A stretch of 64,000 nucleotides of DNA, taken from assembly GCF_006345805.1 (NCBI RefSeq), contig NC_043006.1:7626001-7690000 (forward strand), written 5' to 3'. Below, piece by piece: positions 24,923-39,570 of the stretch (positions are counted from its first letter, which is position 1; each line of letters begins with the position of its first letter). The notes beneath the pieces were generated by a model. It was not told the DNA's origin, ran no database searches, and was given only the letters and a program-made list of their open reading frames with translations. Made by a program: the position numbers and the translations under genes. The DNA is from Octopus sinensis (Eukaryota).

Positions 24923-25050
<128 letters not shown>

Positions 25051-26036
25051 GTATGTATATATGTTTCTTAGCGTTGGAAGAAATATTTAAAGAGTTTCCC
25101 ATTAGCATGTGGAATTGTCTGCCCTTCTAATCTATAAAGTCACAAATGGAAAATCTAGAAGTTCTCCACGCCCACTCTGATGTGCTAGATTTTTAATGAT
25201 GTATTTTCAAAATTACACCTAACTTAACAGAATGGTTGTTTTATGATAGAGCGTATCAACGTGAGTCTCTTAGAAAAGACAAAATGATTTAACGTTCCCC
25301 CCACCATTAAGCGACGAGAGAAAATTATGATTGACCGAAAAACAAATACTCAAAGAGTTTACTTGACAATTTACATCGTAAAAATAACTGCTAATGGTTA
25401 ATATTTTAAAGTTCTCCTGCAAATACTTGTATTAGCATCTACCACTATATGCTGCGTAGATCTATATTATATTCAAAGGTATAACTACACTCACATTCGA
25501 ATAGATTTATTGAGTTAAATTTACATTTTAAAGTTCTGTGGTAGCAATTACATACATAATATCTTCAGAGGAAAAATAATACAATCTACTAATATAGATT
25601 GTTTTATTCAATAAATTTCAATATTTAACTGCATGTATATGTAAATAATTCTATTGGTAACAGTGTTTTTGCAATATTGCGCACTTTCAGACCAGTCATA
25701 TGTCGAAAAAGATGTAGCTTCCGTTGAATCATAATTCATCATTTTGGCTTATAGAAAAACGATAATTCGTCTTGTCACTTTCTGCTCGATTCGGTTTGAC
25801 ACAAAATGCTCTGAATATCGGCAGAAAGCTTACAAATTGCTTTTTCCTTCAATCAGCACATGTTGCTGACTCCTTAAAGATAAGGCCTTATCGCTGGCAC
25901 ATTTTTATAACTATTTTATTAAATATCTACTAAACTATAGTGTTGATCCTGATTATACATGCATGGATAACAGTTCACATACATATGTATATATTGATGT
26001 AGGGACATATACATATACACTCACACACACATACAC

Positions 26037-26094
<58 letters not shown>

Positions 26095-26578
26095 GGTCAC
26101 ACATCCACTCGGAGGCTTATTCATGTGTGTGTGTGAGTGTAGGCATGTATCTATTCATGTATGCAAATATAAATATGCGTGTACATATTCTGTAAATATC
26201 GAAAATAAACAGCGTATTTTATAGGTCAAAATTAGAAAACAATGAAACAATATATAGAACAACTGGGAAAATTAAACAAAAGAAAACGAATATGATGCTT
26301 AAAGGAAAATTTTAAATGGCTAGAGGAAAAAAATCGATTTCTCAGATTAGTGTTTAAATTATGAAAATGTCTTGCTATATTTGGATTAACTTACCGGTGG
26401 AAGTTTGAAAGATGAAACCACATGATTCATTGAATAGGATTCACGGATTGACAGGCTCACATGGGAAGGAAAAAGGCACAAAAAGAACGGAATAAGAGCG
26501 AGAAATCGATGTTGAAAATATTTGATATAACATAGAATATTCGTATCGATGAATGCTTAAACCAGATCAATCCAAAAG

Positions 26579-26609
<31 letters not shown>

Positions 26610-26615
<6 letters not shown>

Positions 26616-26668
26616 TCTTTACTGCCCACAGGGGCTACACACAGAGGGGACAAACAAGGACAGACAAA
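26610..26668 (-). mobile_element. SINE family A 3' tail fragment
   Basis: TTTCTTTACTGCCCACAGGGGCT...GGACAGAC matches the family A tail. Confidence 0.7.
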
Positions 26669-26849
26669 TATATATATGCACATATAAAGATACACACACA
26701 CACACATGTATGCATCTATAGATATATATAGGAATTCACAAACACACACACACACCTATATACGTAGGAGGCGAGAGATATTTGAGGGATTCCTCGGTTA
26801 TTTTATATTAAAAAAACACATACTAATCTAGTAAAAACTAAATACATTT

Positions 26850-27200
26850 CTAAAACAATTTGTGCACATTCTGTATAAACTTTTTTATAAGACTATTCTA
26901 TGAATCTAGCTTCAGCTTCGATGATTTCTTCAATTAAGGACCGGAATCGTTAACATGCCAGCACTAAATATTCCTTAACCATATCACAGATCCCCTAGTC
27001 AATGGCGAACTTCAGTGCAATTATGGAATTTTGAGTTTCTCAATTAGCCCCACTTTTGCTTTGATTTCTCACACATTTGAGGGACTTCAGGAACGGTTGA
27101 CAGATTTACTACGGCAGTTCGTGCATTTGGACTGCTTCTCAAGGCCTGGGACAGGACATACTCAAGACTCGAACGTGACGATAGACAACTAGCCACCCAA
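26850..27200 (-). mobile_element. Decayed Tc1/mariner-superfamily transposase C-terminus
   Basis: Minus strand ends DMVKEYLVLAC*RFRSLIEEIIEAEARFIE*, typical of the Tc1/maT C-terminal ACxxFRxRLEAVIxxxGxxIE. Confidence 0.5.
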
Positions 27201-27269
27201 ATGGGTCAGGTCAATAAAATATCTTGGAAGTACAGTAAACTTTAAGAGTACTCTTGATGACGATACCAA

Positions 27270-27760
27270 TGTCAAAATATCGTTTCTAGGATGAGCACGA
27301 CGTTAGTCTAAAAACTAAAAAAAGCGTAATCAAATCTTGTATTTGGAGCAAGATTTTGTATGAAGCAGAAGCATGGACTCCTTAATAATGATATATAAAG
27401 AAACTTGAAACCTTTTACGTGTGCTGTTTGCGCAACATGTGCAACATAAAATGGCAAGATAAGATATCCAATGCCAAAATTTCAGAAAAATGTGATATCG
27501 TCAGTACCCAAAGAATACTGATGAGAATTCAAATCAGACGGGTTGGATTTATTGTTCGAATGAAAAATGATCGCATTCCCAAAATTGTTCTGCATTGCCA
27601 ACAAGTAGAGGGATATCACGATAAAAGAAGACCTATCCTTAGGTATAAGGGTAAGTTGACGCAATCACTAAAGCCTCTACAGCTTAACTTGACATCTTGG
27701 GCAAGTTGTTGCCTAGATCGATCTGAATGACGTCAAAGGCGTCACAATACATCCAAGAAG
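27270..27760 (+). mobile_element. Decayed RTE-clade LINE, 3' end
   Basis: LYEAEAWT...KLETF..CCLRNMCNIKWQDKISN...RIPKIVL...RRPILRYK. Confidence 0.72.
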
Positions 27761-28099
27761 AAAAAGGACGAAAGAACAACTATATCCCGCAAGCAACAGA
27801 CACACTTACACAATCTCAAGAAAAATCAAACTCATCTAAGTTCCCATTGCGACTTCATAGCAAAATCCATACCTGCACTCAAATTACATTCACACATTCA
27901 TCGGAAAAAGAGGAAGATTCTTATTATCATTTTTCTTTTTAATACTCGTTTTAACTTTAGGCCCTCCCCTTCCAACACTCACACGTCGAAACTGACTGGA
28001 GCGACAATCATTATTATTACTAGCTGATCGCGTGCCCCCCATAACGACGGCTAAATGAAGTATTTTATATATAAGCAAGAATTAAGTAGAATTAAATAG

Positions 28100-29217
28100 A
28101 ATTCACCCGATTTTGACTCGAAAAATTGATCCAACCAAGCTCTCAATTCTGCATCAGTATTAAACGAAAGTCCGCGCATAGCATTTGAAAGAGATCGAAA
28201 GCGGTGGAAATCCGTTGGTGCTAAATCAGGAGAGTACGGTGGTTGTGGCAGCACTTCCAAGTAATGCGTTTGAAATGCTTCCTTGGTCTAATTGGTGATA
28301 TAATGGGCGGGCGTTGTCGTGCAGCTGAAGAACTCCATGCTGCCGATTAGGTATTTTCTCTTGAATAGCCGTGTTGAGTAGTTCCATCTGTTGAACATAG
28401 AGTTCCACGTTGACCGTTTGGTTCCGTTCAAGCAATTCGTAAAAGATAATCCCTTCTCAGTACCACCATACGAACAACATAGTTTTACGCGGATGAAGAT
28501 CTTGTTACACGCGCGGTGTCGCTTGTTTACTGGGGTTAAGCCATTCCTTACGCTGCTTCATATTGATGTACATGCACGATTTTTCGTCGCCAGTAACGAT
28601 TCGTAAAGAAATCGTTGCTTGTGTCCATGAGTTGAGCGGTGACGAGCAAGCAAACCAGCGGAAATTGTGGATCATTGAACTTTGTTGTCACTTAAAGCAT
28701 GCAGAACTCATGCTCCATACGTCAGAAACTTTCCCATAGAGTGAACATACCTCTCTATAGCAGTGTGGGAGCATTCCATTTTTTCTGCCAGTTCCGTTGT
28801 CGTTTGACGAGAATTTTCGTCAAAAGTTGGTTTACTCGCTCTTCATCGGACTCAACTGGACGGCCAGAACGAGGTACGTTGTTGAGGTGAAACTTTTCCA
28901 TTTTTGGACTTGTCATACCAATCACAAACGGTTCTTTCAGCTATGGCACCCTCTCCATACGCAGCACAAATGTGATGAGCAGCTTTTGCGGCCTTAGAAC
29001 CTTGATTAAAAGCGAAAAGAAGGAAATGTCGAAAATACTGGTCTTACTTAACTTGACATTCCATTTTAATGATCTGTAAATAGACAAATATTAACTAAAA
29101 TTAACAAGGAAAAAAAACACCCCAAATAAATTCCAAAATAATTCAACAATAGAATTCTCGAAAAGAATATATTCCAAAATAAAAAAAAAAACAGCGGGAA
29201 ATTAGTTGCCAACCCAA
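28100..29217 (-). mobile_element. Mariner (DD34D) element, inactive, 3' end and TIR missing
   Basis: 5' TIR TTGGGTTGGCAACTAA next to TA. Motifs HDNARP and PYSPDLAPTDF; multiple stops and frameshifts. Confidence 0.92.
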
Positions 29218-29671
29218 TAGCTAACATACGGAGATATTTTCTCAAATCTAACAAAAGATCAAAGACAGAAATAGAACACTTAAAAGAAAACATACATCAG
29301 GAAAACGTAGATAGTAATCACACATCAATACCAAATAATATCATAAGCACTGAGCCAGTAAAATACGAAGACAGGTGTGACATGACCAACAAAAACGAAA
29401 TAAACAACTAAAGACAATAAACCCAGGCCGTAGGAAGGTATAATGATGAACAAAATGTAACGAACCAAATACCACAGACAAAAATATGAACGGGAAGGAA
29501 TACGAAATTAATCTAAAACCTGGAAACAGTGAAGATGAAACTAATGACTACGATACTCTAAAAATGAGAATAATCAAAGAATTGAAATGTTAATTTATTA
29601 TATCTATATACAGACATACATGTATATATGTGCATTCATACATGTATACAAATCTATTTATTTATCCATCT

Positions 29672-29744
<73 letters not shown>

Positions 29745-29759
29745 ATCTATCTATCTATC

Positions 29760-29797
<38 letters not shown>

Positions 29798-29820
29798 ATA
29801 TTATATATATATATATATAT

Positions 29821-30237
29821 TACTCTTACTCTTTACTCTTTTACTTGTTTCAGTCATTTGACTGCGGCCATGCTGGAGCACCGCCTTTAATCGAGCAACT
29901 CGACCCCGGGACTTATTCTTTTATAAGCCCAGTATTTATTTTATCGGTCCCTTTTTGCCGAACCGCTAAGTGACGGGGACATAAACACACCAGCATCGGT
30001 TGTCAAGCAATGCTAGGGGACAAACACAGACACACAAACGCACACACGCATACAGATATATATATATATACATATATACGACGGGCTTCTTTCAGTTTCC
30101 GTCTACCAAATCCACTCACAAGGCTTTGGTCAGCCCGAAGCTATAGTAGAAGACACTTACCCAAGGTGCTACGCAGTGGGACTGAACCCGGAACCATGCG
30201 GTTGGTAGACAAACTACTTACCACACAGCCACTCCTT
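29821..30237 (-). mobile_element. SINE family B
   Basis: Full-length reverse copy with (AAGAGTA)n-like tail. Confidence 0.88.
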
Positions 30238-32257
30238 ATATATATATATACATAACCAATGTATGTTTTATATATATATATATATAACCAATGTATGTTT
30301 TAGAGGGAGATTGAATCGAAGTAATGGATGGAATGGGTGTGGCTAAGAGGCGAAGATTAGGAAGAAATGGGGAAAGAAAAACAAAAGAATTCGCTGTGAT
30401 TTTTGGGAATGACAGGGTCCGCATTCACGCAACAAAAGTTTTAACAAAAATGTTAAGATATATTACAGTGGACTCTCATATATGTTTAAATCAACATCAA
30501 CCTCAGTCGAGTTTATATTAAAATTTAAAAATTTGACAGTTATATGGTCAAATTTTTAAAAAAGTCAACCATTTTTTCTGATAATTGATAATTATTTTTA
30601 TAAGAAGATGCTGATAACAGTGTGAGGGTATGATGTTTTCATTTTAAGTATCTATTTTGGATGACTTTTGTTAATAATTACGTATTTATAACTTCGACGT
30701 ATTGTTTCTTTCTGTAAAGAACTTCATTAAGTCAACTAAATGGAATTTCTCATTAAAGATTAAGTCAACTAACAAGCGCATTAATATAATACATGTGAGG
30801 TAATAGACAATAGCTTCTAGTTTTGTCTCTTACAGACATATATGGACTTTGTATTCCATAATAACTCTGGTTTATATTATCTGTGGTTTACCGCCAAATT
30901 AAATCCGTCTACTGCATTCATTGTGTCTTTATACATAAAAACACAAATATAAATTCTATATAGGTAAACTGTTCAATTACGACTCCTTATTTACCTATAT
31001 GTGTGTGTATGTGTGTATATACAACATCACATACAGACATATATACACAACCATATATATATATATAAAAGAAATGAATTGATTTATAATTCTAATCCAG
31101 AAACGCGTCAAAATACGTAAATAACATTAGACTTTGTTTTCGCTATTTTTCCTTCTGTTTTACAAATGTGAATTACATGGCTATGTTGCATGTGGAGTCT
31201 TATTTGTAGAAAATAGAAATAAACAGCATTTGACTGCTATTTCTAATTTTTCGGTATGTGGCTAAGCAACCTGTTGCCTGCCCATTTTTATTAATATATA
31301 TACACACACACTTATATGGATAGATCTAGACAGACAGACAGACTGACAGATAGATATCCAGTTAAATTTTTAAAGTTCTTTTCTTCTGTCTCAATCAAAC
31401 TATTTGAGCCAGGTGTTTTCTTGTTTTAAGATTTCATCGTTAAGATCTTTTAAAAAGTGCACTTACAATATTTCATAGCGATCTAACATTTCGAATATTG
31501 ATTATTTTCTCTTTAGTTTCTGGGATTCTCTTTCAAAGAACATTTTGTATTGTTTCATTTTGTTAAAATTTATATACGCGATAACCTTCTTGTTGAATAT
31601 TTTTTTAACTGTTGGCCTACATAAATATGGTGTTTATTTCCAACATTCACTCATTTTAACCTAAGTTCATATCGATAAGAATGGAAAGAGTCTGGTGTAC
31701 ACCTTAAATAAGAGGACAGGTAATTCTTACTATGCACTGAGCTTTAATTATACTGCGGTCTTCTTGAATTCTTCACTAAATTTTCTATTGAATAAATATC
31801 AAAAATGTTTTATCTCACGCTAAAAGTGCAGAAGCTACTCAGAAGTTTTCCAAGCTCTTCTTTTGAATATGGAATTTCGAAAACTCTTTCGAAAGAGCTT
31901 TTAAGTCATTGGCTTCTACGCTTCGCCAGATTTCAAGCTCCAGTCTCTTCAACTATTTCCACCTTCAGTTGGCTACATCTGACATGCCCCCTTCCGTGAT
32001 GGCTTTCTTCTATTCTCTGGGCTACGTATTAGTCTTTTGAAAGAAAAAGCGCACTCCATTTTCTGGTATTCGTTTCTTTTTTTTTATTTAGGCTGCTAAG
32101 AAATGCCCAATCTGTATTCCAAGGATACCGGAAGTTCAACCAGAACGAACATTTTGCAGTCCTGGAGAAGCGGAATATACTCGATATGAGTGATGTATCC
32201 ATTACCTCCTCTGGAAACATGAGTGTGCACTTCAGGTCCGATTACATATCCTAGTCT

Positions 32258-32288
<31 letters not shown>

Positions 32289-32382
32289 GGCAGGGAGACA
32301 GACTGACAGACAGACAGAAAAACAGAGTGAAATACAGACACATAGGTAGATCGACTGACAGAGAAAGTGATAATTATATATA

Positions 32383-33683
32383 TTGGGTTGGCAACTACGT
32401 CGTACACGCCGTTTCTTTTTAATTTTGGAATTAATGGCGTTTTTAAATTTTGGAATATATTCTTTTCAAGAATTCTATGGTTGAATTATTTTGGAATTTA
32501 TTTGGGGTGTTTTTTTTCTTGTTAATTTTAGTTAATATTTGTTTATTTTCAGATCATTAAAATGGAATGTCAAATTAAGAAAAACGAGCATTTTCGACAC
32601 CTCTTTCTTTTCGCTTTTAATCAAGGTTCTAAGGCCGCAAAAGCTGTTCATCACATTTGTGCTGTGTATGGAAAGGGTGCCATAGCTGAAAGAAGCGCTT
32701 GTGATTGGTATGACAAGTCCAAAAATGGAAATTTTGTCTTCGACGACGTACCTCGTTCTGGCCGTCCAGCTGAGTTCGATGAAGAGCGAGTAAACCAACT
32801 TTTGACGAAAACTCACGTCAAAAGACAACGGAACTGGCAGAGAAAATGGAATGCTCCCTCACTGCTATAGAGAGGTATGTTCACTCGATGGGAAAGGTTC
32901 AGAAGTATGGAGCATGAGTTCTGCATGCTTAAAATGACAACAGCAAAAATCAACTAGCCACAATCTCCGCTGGTTTGCTTGAGCGTCACCGCTCAACTCA
33001 TGGGCACAAGCAACGATTTCTTTACGAATCGTTACTGGCGACGTAAAATGGTGCCTGTACATCAATATGAAGCAGCGTAAGGAATGGCTTAACCCCAGTA
33101 AACAAGCGACACCGCGCCTGAAACAAGATCTTCATCCGCGTAAAACGATGTTGTTCGTATGGTGGTACTGAGAAGGGATTATCTTTTACGAATTGCTTGA
33201 ACGGAACCAAACGGTCAACGTGGAACTCTATGTTCAACAGATGGAACTACTCAACACGGCTATTCAAGAGAAAATACCTCATCGGCAGCATGGAGTTCTT
33301 CTGCTGCACGATAACGCCTGCCTTCATATCATCAATATGACCAAGGAAGCCATTCAAACGGATGACTTGGAAGTGCTGCCACACCCGCCGTACTCTCCTG
33401 ATTTGGCACCAACGGATTTCCGCCTGTTTTGATCTCTTTCAAATGCTATGCGCGTACTTTCTTTTAATACTGATGCAGAATTGAGAGCTTGGTTGGATCA
33501 ATTTTTCGAGTCGAAATCGGGTGAATTCCACCAACGAGATATTGAAAATCTTGTTGAAAGTTGGGAAGAAGTTGTAAACAACAAGGGCGAATACATTATT
33601 GATCAATTAATTAGTTGTTATATTTTTATTAAACCTCTAAAAAAATTTTAATTAAAGAAAACGGCGGAAACCTAGTTGCCACC

Positions 33684-33687
<4 letters not shown>
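32383..33687 (+). mobile_element. Full-length (1305 bp) inactive mariner element with TIRs and TA TSD
   Basis: TA-TTGGGTTGGCAACTA...TAGTTGCCACCCCAA-TA. Confidence 0.93.
32562..33605 (+). pseudogene. Mariner transposase pseudogene
   Basis: MECQIKKNEHFRH...PRSGRP, HDNA and HPPYSPDLAPTDF, broken by frameshifts and stops. Confidence 0.9.
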
Positions 33688-33725
<38 letters not shown>

Positions 33726-33766
33726 TATATATATATATATATATATACATACATATATATATATAT

Positions 33767-33822
<56 letters not shown>

Positions 33823-33824
33823 TG

Positions 33825-33889
<65 letters not shown>

Positions 33890-34048
33890 ACATATATATA
33901 TAATACATATATATATTATATATGTATATATTTGTGTATCTGTGTTTGTCAACCGAACATCGCTTGACAACTGATGTTGATATGTCACTGATTACTTATG
34001 TACTCTAAAAGCAAAAATATAACTTGTTAATGTGAATTCATGATGGAA

Positions 34049-34601
34049 GTTATACCGTTACTATTTAAGAAGAGTGGTCCCGGTGCGTGCATCCATGCTA
34101 GCTAGTCGTGACTAGTCGATCCTACAATGACTACCTTATCCTATAACAAATGTTCATACAAATTAAGTTGAAAGTTATTAGAAAAACGTAAAACGACGTT
34201 TTAAGAGTAGATGGAGGTACCAAAAATATGTAGTGAGTTATTTTTATTTAATTTGTTAAAAAGAAAATATTTACGTTGTTTAGAGAACAATATTTATTTA
34301 CTTTGTTTAAAAAAATTATTTACTTTATATTTTTGTGTTTATTTACTTTTTGTAAAAAAAATATTGATTTTGTTTTTAAAAAAAAATATTTGTTTAAAAA
34401 AACCCCCCATGTATGTTATGATGGGGGTACCAAACGTTTATCTAATAACTTCTAATAATTTTCAACCGAATTTGTATGAACATTTGTTATAGGATAGGAA
34501 GTCGTTGTAGGATCAACTACTCACGACTAGCTAGGGCGGATGCGCTAGGTACGGGAGTGCACACACCGGGACCAATCATCTTAAATAGTACCAGTTATAA
34601 C
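34049..34601. mobile_element. MITE/foldback-like element with about 135-150 bp imperfect TIRs
   Basis: 34049-34183 is an imperfect reverse complement of 34450-34601, around an AT-rich non-coding spacer. Confidence 0.65.
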
Positions 34602-34714
34602 TATGTATAACATATTTTAACTTCAAAAAGCGTTGTTGAGCGTCATGTTAAACGACTTTTAGAATTTACTTATAAGCTTTCTTTATGCGTGTATGCGTGA
34701 GTGTGTTTGTGGAT

Positions 34715-34944
34715 GGCGGCGAGCTGGCAGAAACGTTAGCACGCCGGGCGAAATGCTTTGCGGTATTTCGTCTGTCGCTACGTTCTGAGTTCAAATCCGC
34801 CGAGGTCGACTTTGCCTTTCATCCTTTTGGGGTCGATTAAATAAGTACCAGTTACACACTGGGGTCGATATGATCGACTTAATCCGTGTTTCTGTCTTTG
34901 TTTGTCCTCTCTGTGTTTAGCCCCTTGTGGGTAGTAAAGAAATA
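34715..34944 (+). mobile_element. SINE family A with 13-bp TSD
   Basis: TGTGTTTGTGGAT at 34702-34714 and 34945-34957. Confidence 0.9.
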
Positions 34945-36573
34945 TGTGTTTGTGGATGTCTCAATGTACCTGTATGTGTGTGTGAGTGTGTGTGTGTGAG
35001 GGCGACAGTGGGAGGAGAGTAATTGTTTTACCTCGTCAGTGATTGTGCGCGCGCGCACGTGTGTATATGTTGTTTTAAGTTGAGCGATTCTCATTAATGG
35101 TTTCATCTTTTTACAATTTGAATCACAGGCTTCATATTTACATTGAAATCTTCTCCTGCAACAAAGTCGGAATGGAGAATGTCTTAAAATGCCTATACGT
35201 TCCTTGGTCGTGTTTTAGTTGTTATGTTTCACTTTATTTTCAGATTAATTGCACATGCGTGTGATTGAATTCTTGTTCAATTTTATAAATATGAATCAGA
35301 AATATTTGTCTCGTTGTTTTAGTTGGCATTCTTGTAATTCTAATTTTATTTGACAGAGAAATATGAAGCATTTGCTGCTTGTGTCAGCATCGTTTACATT
35401 TCTACATTTCTCGGTTTCTCTTCCAATACGTAATACATTGAGATATCTGAGACAAACTAGAATACAGTAAGAGCATAAATGATTTCTACAGAGGCATCCT
35501 TTTAATATGATTTAGTGTAGTTATTAGTTTATATCATTGAAATAATTAGCACTGTCATCATCACCATGATACATTATCTCCGTCCATCTAACAATGGATC
35601 AATTGATACGATATGGCACCTGACAACCGAAAGGCCTGCATGCCGAATGTAACATAGTTTAACTATAAATATATTACATAGAAGATTTAAGAACTCGCTA
35701 ACTGCTATTAACAGTGAAAATTTTGTGATAATGCAATTACTGTGGACGGAGAAAAGGAAGTATAAGCGTATGAATATTAGATAAATATTTAGATTCCTAA
35801 TGAAGTTACACAGATTTGGCTCCGTGGTACACGGTGAATAACATATCAGTAAATTGACTTTTTTGTCACGAAACAGACTTACAGTAAATGAACCTAAATA
35901 GATTCTGAATACGAAATATTGGATTATTACTGATAGATAAGAACGAATGTCACATATCATAAATGTACGGCTTTGTACGTAACTAAATGATATATTCTGA
36001 GGAGAAAAAAAACAACATATATATATAACTCTGAAATTACCTGTTGACTTATATCTTTATTGGATGCATTTAAACACACAACTAATCAGTTAGTTATATA
36101 CATTCAGAAAGAAAGGTGAAAGGGAGAATGCGTAATGTTAATGCTTCACATATTTAGGCCTAGACTTCACGGTATGTTGGGACGAAGAGCAGTTGTCTTT
36201 TATTTAGGAATTTCAGATGCTTTAATTTATTGCCAATTTATCATAGAATTTTAAACACGATATGCAACAAAATAGAGTTGGCCACTGAATGTTACGCATT
36301 TTTTAAAGAATAACATTCCAGTATATAAGTGGTGAGATATAAACTTTCCCAATTTACTCGACACCGTTTAAAATTAGCCGAATTCATCTCCAGCGATTTC
36401 AGCAATGCACGAAACATAAGCTACATCGAGTTGTTATTTTTTTAAATATTTGTGTCCCAAAAATTCCATTATCTCTATTCAACAAAATCCTGCATAGATG
36501 TTGTCTGGATGGTTGGCAAGTTAGGTGGTTGGCTGACTAGTTGATTTTTCGAATTAAGCTTGAGAGAGAGAGC

Positions 36574-36606
<33 letters not shown>

Positions 36607-36774
36607 GGCGGGGAGAGAGAGAGAGAGAGACAGACAGACTTAAAGAATGAGACAAAGATAGTCAACAAAAGGTGCACGATTAGGGTCTTATGACATTCTG
36701 AAAATAGATTTTTATGGGACTTTGCAGAGACAGGCTTTCGTTGGAGCAGATTGCGATATATTCTTTTATCTTTT

Positions 36775-37135
36775 AAATTTTACATGTTTCAATGATTTGA
36801 CTGCGGCCAGGCTGGGGCACCGTCTTAAAGAATTTTGCGTGAACGAGTCGACGGCCCCAATATATATTTTAATTTATTTAAGTACTTATTCTATCAGTAT
36901 CTTTTGACGAATCGCTGTGTTACAGGGAATCAAACACGGCAACACTGTTTGTTAAGCGATGGTGGTGGACAAACGTGACATAAAGACATATACACACACA
37001 TATGTCTGTAAATATATATATGTGTATGTGTGTATGTGTGTGTATAGATAGATTGAGATAGAGAGAGAGAGAGAGATGTATGTACGACGGGCATATGTTT
37101 CCACCAAACAAATTCACTCACAACTATAGTAGCGC
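36775..37135 (-). mobile_element. Old, diverged SINE family B copy
   Basis: GATTTGACTGCGGCCAGGCTGGGGCACCG...AAGTACTTATTCTATC...ATGTACGACGGGC. Confidence 0.6.
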
Positions 37136-37220
37136 TTGGGAAGCAAACACTTTCTACCTCGCAGTCACGCCTACGTCATGTCGATAAAATTTAGAAAAGC
37201 AATTGCTTATTCTCTTTTTT

Positions 37221-37630
37221 CTTTTATTCGTTTCAGTCATTTGACTGCCGCCATGCTGGAGCACCGCCTTTAGTCGAGCAAATGGATCCCAGGACTTATT
37301 CTTTGGAAGCCTAGTACTTATTCTATCTGTCTCTTTTGCCGAACCGCTAAGTTACGGGTCGTAAACAGACCAGCATCAGTTGTCAAGCGTTGTTGGCGGG
37401 GGAACAAACACAAACACACAAACATTTACATGCACACATACACACACATACACATATACATATATACGACGGGCTTCTTTTAGTTTCCGTCTACCAAATC
37501 CACTCACAAGGCTTCGGTTGGCCCGAGGCTATAGTAGAAGACACTTGGTCAAGGTGCCACGCAGTGGGACTGAACCCGGAACCATGTGGTTTGTAATCGT
37601 AAGCAAGCTACTTACCACACAGCCACTCGT
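37221..37630 (-). mobile_element. SINE family B
   Basis: Full-length reverse copy. Confidence 0.88.
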
Positions 37631-39570
37631 ATTGCAAATATACAAATGAGAATTACTTTCTCGTTTGAAAATTTGTAATCATTTCATCGGTTTTCATAAG
37701 CAACAAAACATTTGGTAAAAACTGAATTACAATTATTGTGTGAATGTCAAAATTCTTGATATTACGAATGGGGTAAAAAGTATACTTCCAAAGTTATCAG
37801 TCATCTAACGAGTAACACATTAGTTTGCTACATGAATATTTGTTATGCTGAGTCACAGCAATTTTCATTCTATTTTTAAGATCGGTGTCAACAACGCCAT
37901 ATTTATTGATACATATTTTACATGCTTATGGAAAGAAGTAAAGATATACCTCATATTCAATTACTTGACATTTTTCGTAATCATACATTAATGAGGGGCA
38001 ACAAACTGTATGGCTCTGCTTGATGTATTATTTTGTAATCAATAGCTTATTAGCCTTAAGGGATTTTAATACTTAAAGATAAACTTCATCATTTAATAAA
38101 ACTGATGCGGAGAATTTGTAAGCGTCTTGTTGACTACACACGTTCAAATATTTACTTTCACGCTCTGAGTAGTCAACAGACCGCCAACATCTTTTAGCCA
38201 AATATATTTTTCTACATTTATATGTGCAAAAGAAGCTGATATAGACAAATTTGGAACATTGATGTATTATTTCTCACAAAAGATTTAAATCAGCCAATGT
38301 ATGATACACCCTGTGTTCTTTTTTTTTAAATATCATCCGGGGAAAGCATATATTCTGTATGCTCTATAGTTACTTTAACAAACTTTATTCTAGCTTTGAC
38401 TAAACGAAGTGAATAACAGGGGAAAATCTTGAAATGTCTCATAGAGTGTATGTGGATCAATATAATGAACAAACTTAGTCAAAACACAACAAAATTCAGC
38501 ACGAATCCTATATTGTTATTTTATCATGTAATTGTTGTTGCGCCGGTGATGAAGTGGCACTGATGAGCTTGGAAGTGATGTTGTGGTGATAAAAATTAAG
38601 ATGTCGTTCTTTAGGAGATATTTATCAAACACTTGTGAAGAAAATATTTTTTGTAATCTATTCCAATCTATTTAAATTAGATCTGACTCATCATTCCCAC
38701 TTGCGTCTTACGTAACCATACAGAATTTTGTAATTTTTTATAAGATCCGCTAAATATAAGGTACACAGTTTTGAATAAAATCATTGATTGGTGCAAACGT
38801 TTGCTTCTTGAAAATTATAAAACTCGAATTCGAAAAGTGCATTTGGAATTTCTCCAATTATTCTGCATGACATTCTGTTTTCTAACTATATGTATATATT
38901 TTTTGGTTTCTTAAGCATGAACAATTTCCTCTAACAACCAGGGTGACAAAATCATAACAATAGCAAAATTAAATCAATCTTTTAGTTTATAGCATTTTAT
39001 TTTACTGTGTTATTATATTATTTTTTGCAAAAGAAAATTCTGTAAATTGAGAAAGTCTTCAAGTATTGTTCGTGACAATTCAAATCGGATTGGAAAGCCA
39101 GTAGCATTTAAAATAACTATGTTAGGAAAACAGACACTAACAATAATTGCAATATATAGTAACAAATGTGTATCTTACAAATGACATAGCCTGCAATAAG
39201 AAAAAAAAGCATCTTGTTAACATTCAAACTACTTGTTTTGCTATAAGTGATGCCTGTACTTAATAAGGTAGCTGGACTGTTATATTGAAGAATAATTATT
39301 GTTGTGGTTGTTTACAAGCCTTCTTTCGAAACGGATATTTTCAGATGAATATCACTTCTTACAGAATAGATATCATTCATTTTTGCCGTTGCTGCTTACT
39401 GTGGTCTTCATCCATGATAACTACTGGCATTTTTCAAGGCAGGAACCGAGATAATATAAAGCAAAACTGTAAATATATACTCACATACGCGCGCGTGCAA
39501 GAACACGTGTGGGTGTGTGGGTGTGTATGTATATACGTATTCATGTATATTTATATATATATAACGCCAT

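Noticed and set aside
28015-28055. Helitron-like CTAG terminus on the minus strand
   Set aside because: The subterminal hairpin is poorly formed and no 5' end is identifiable.
38555-38590. CTGATGA followed by a short stem (hammerhead?)
   Set aside because: It is followed by GATG rather than GAAA, and stems I and III are absent; probably chance.
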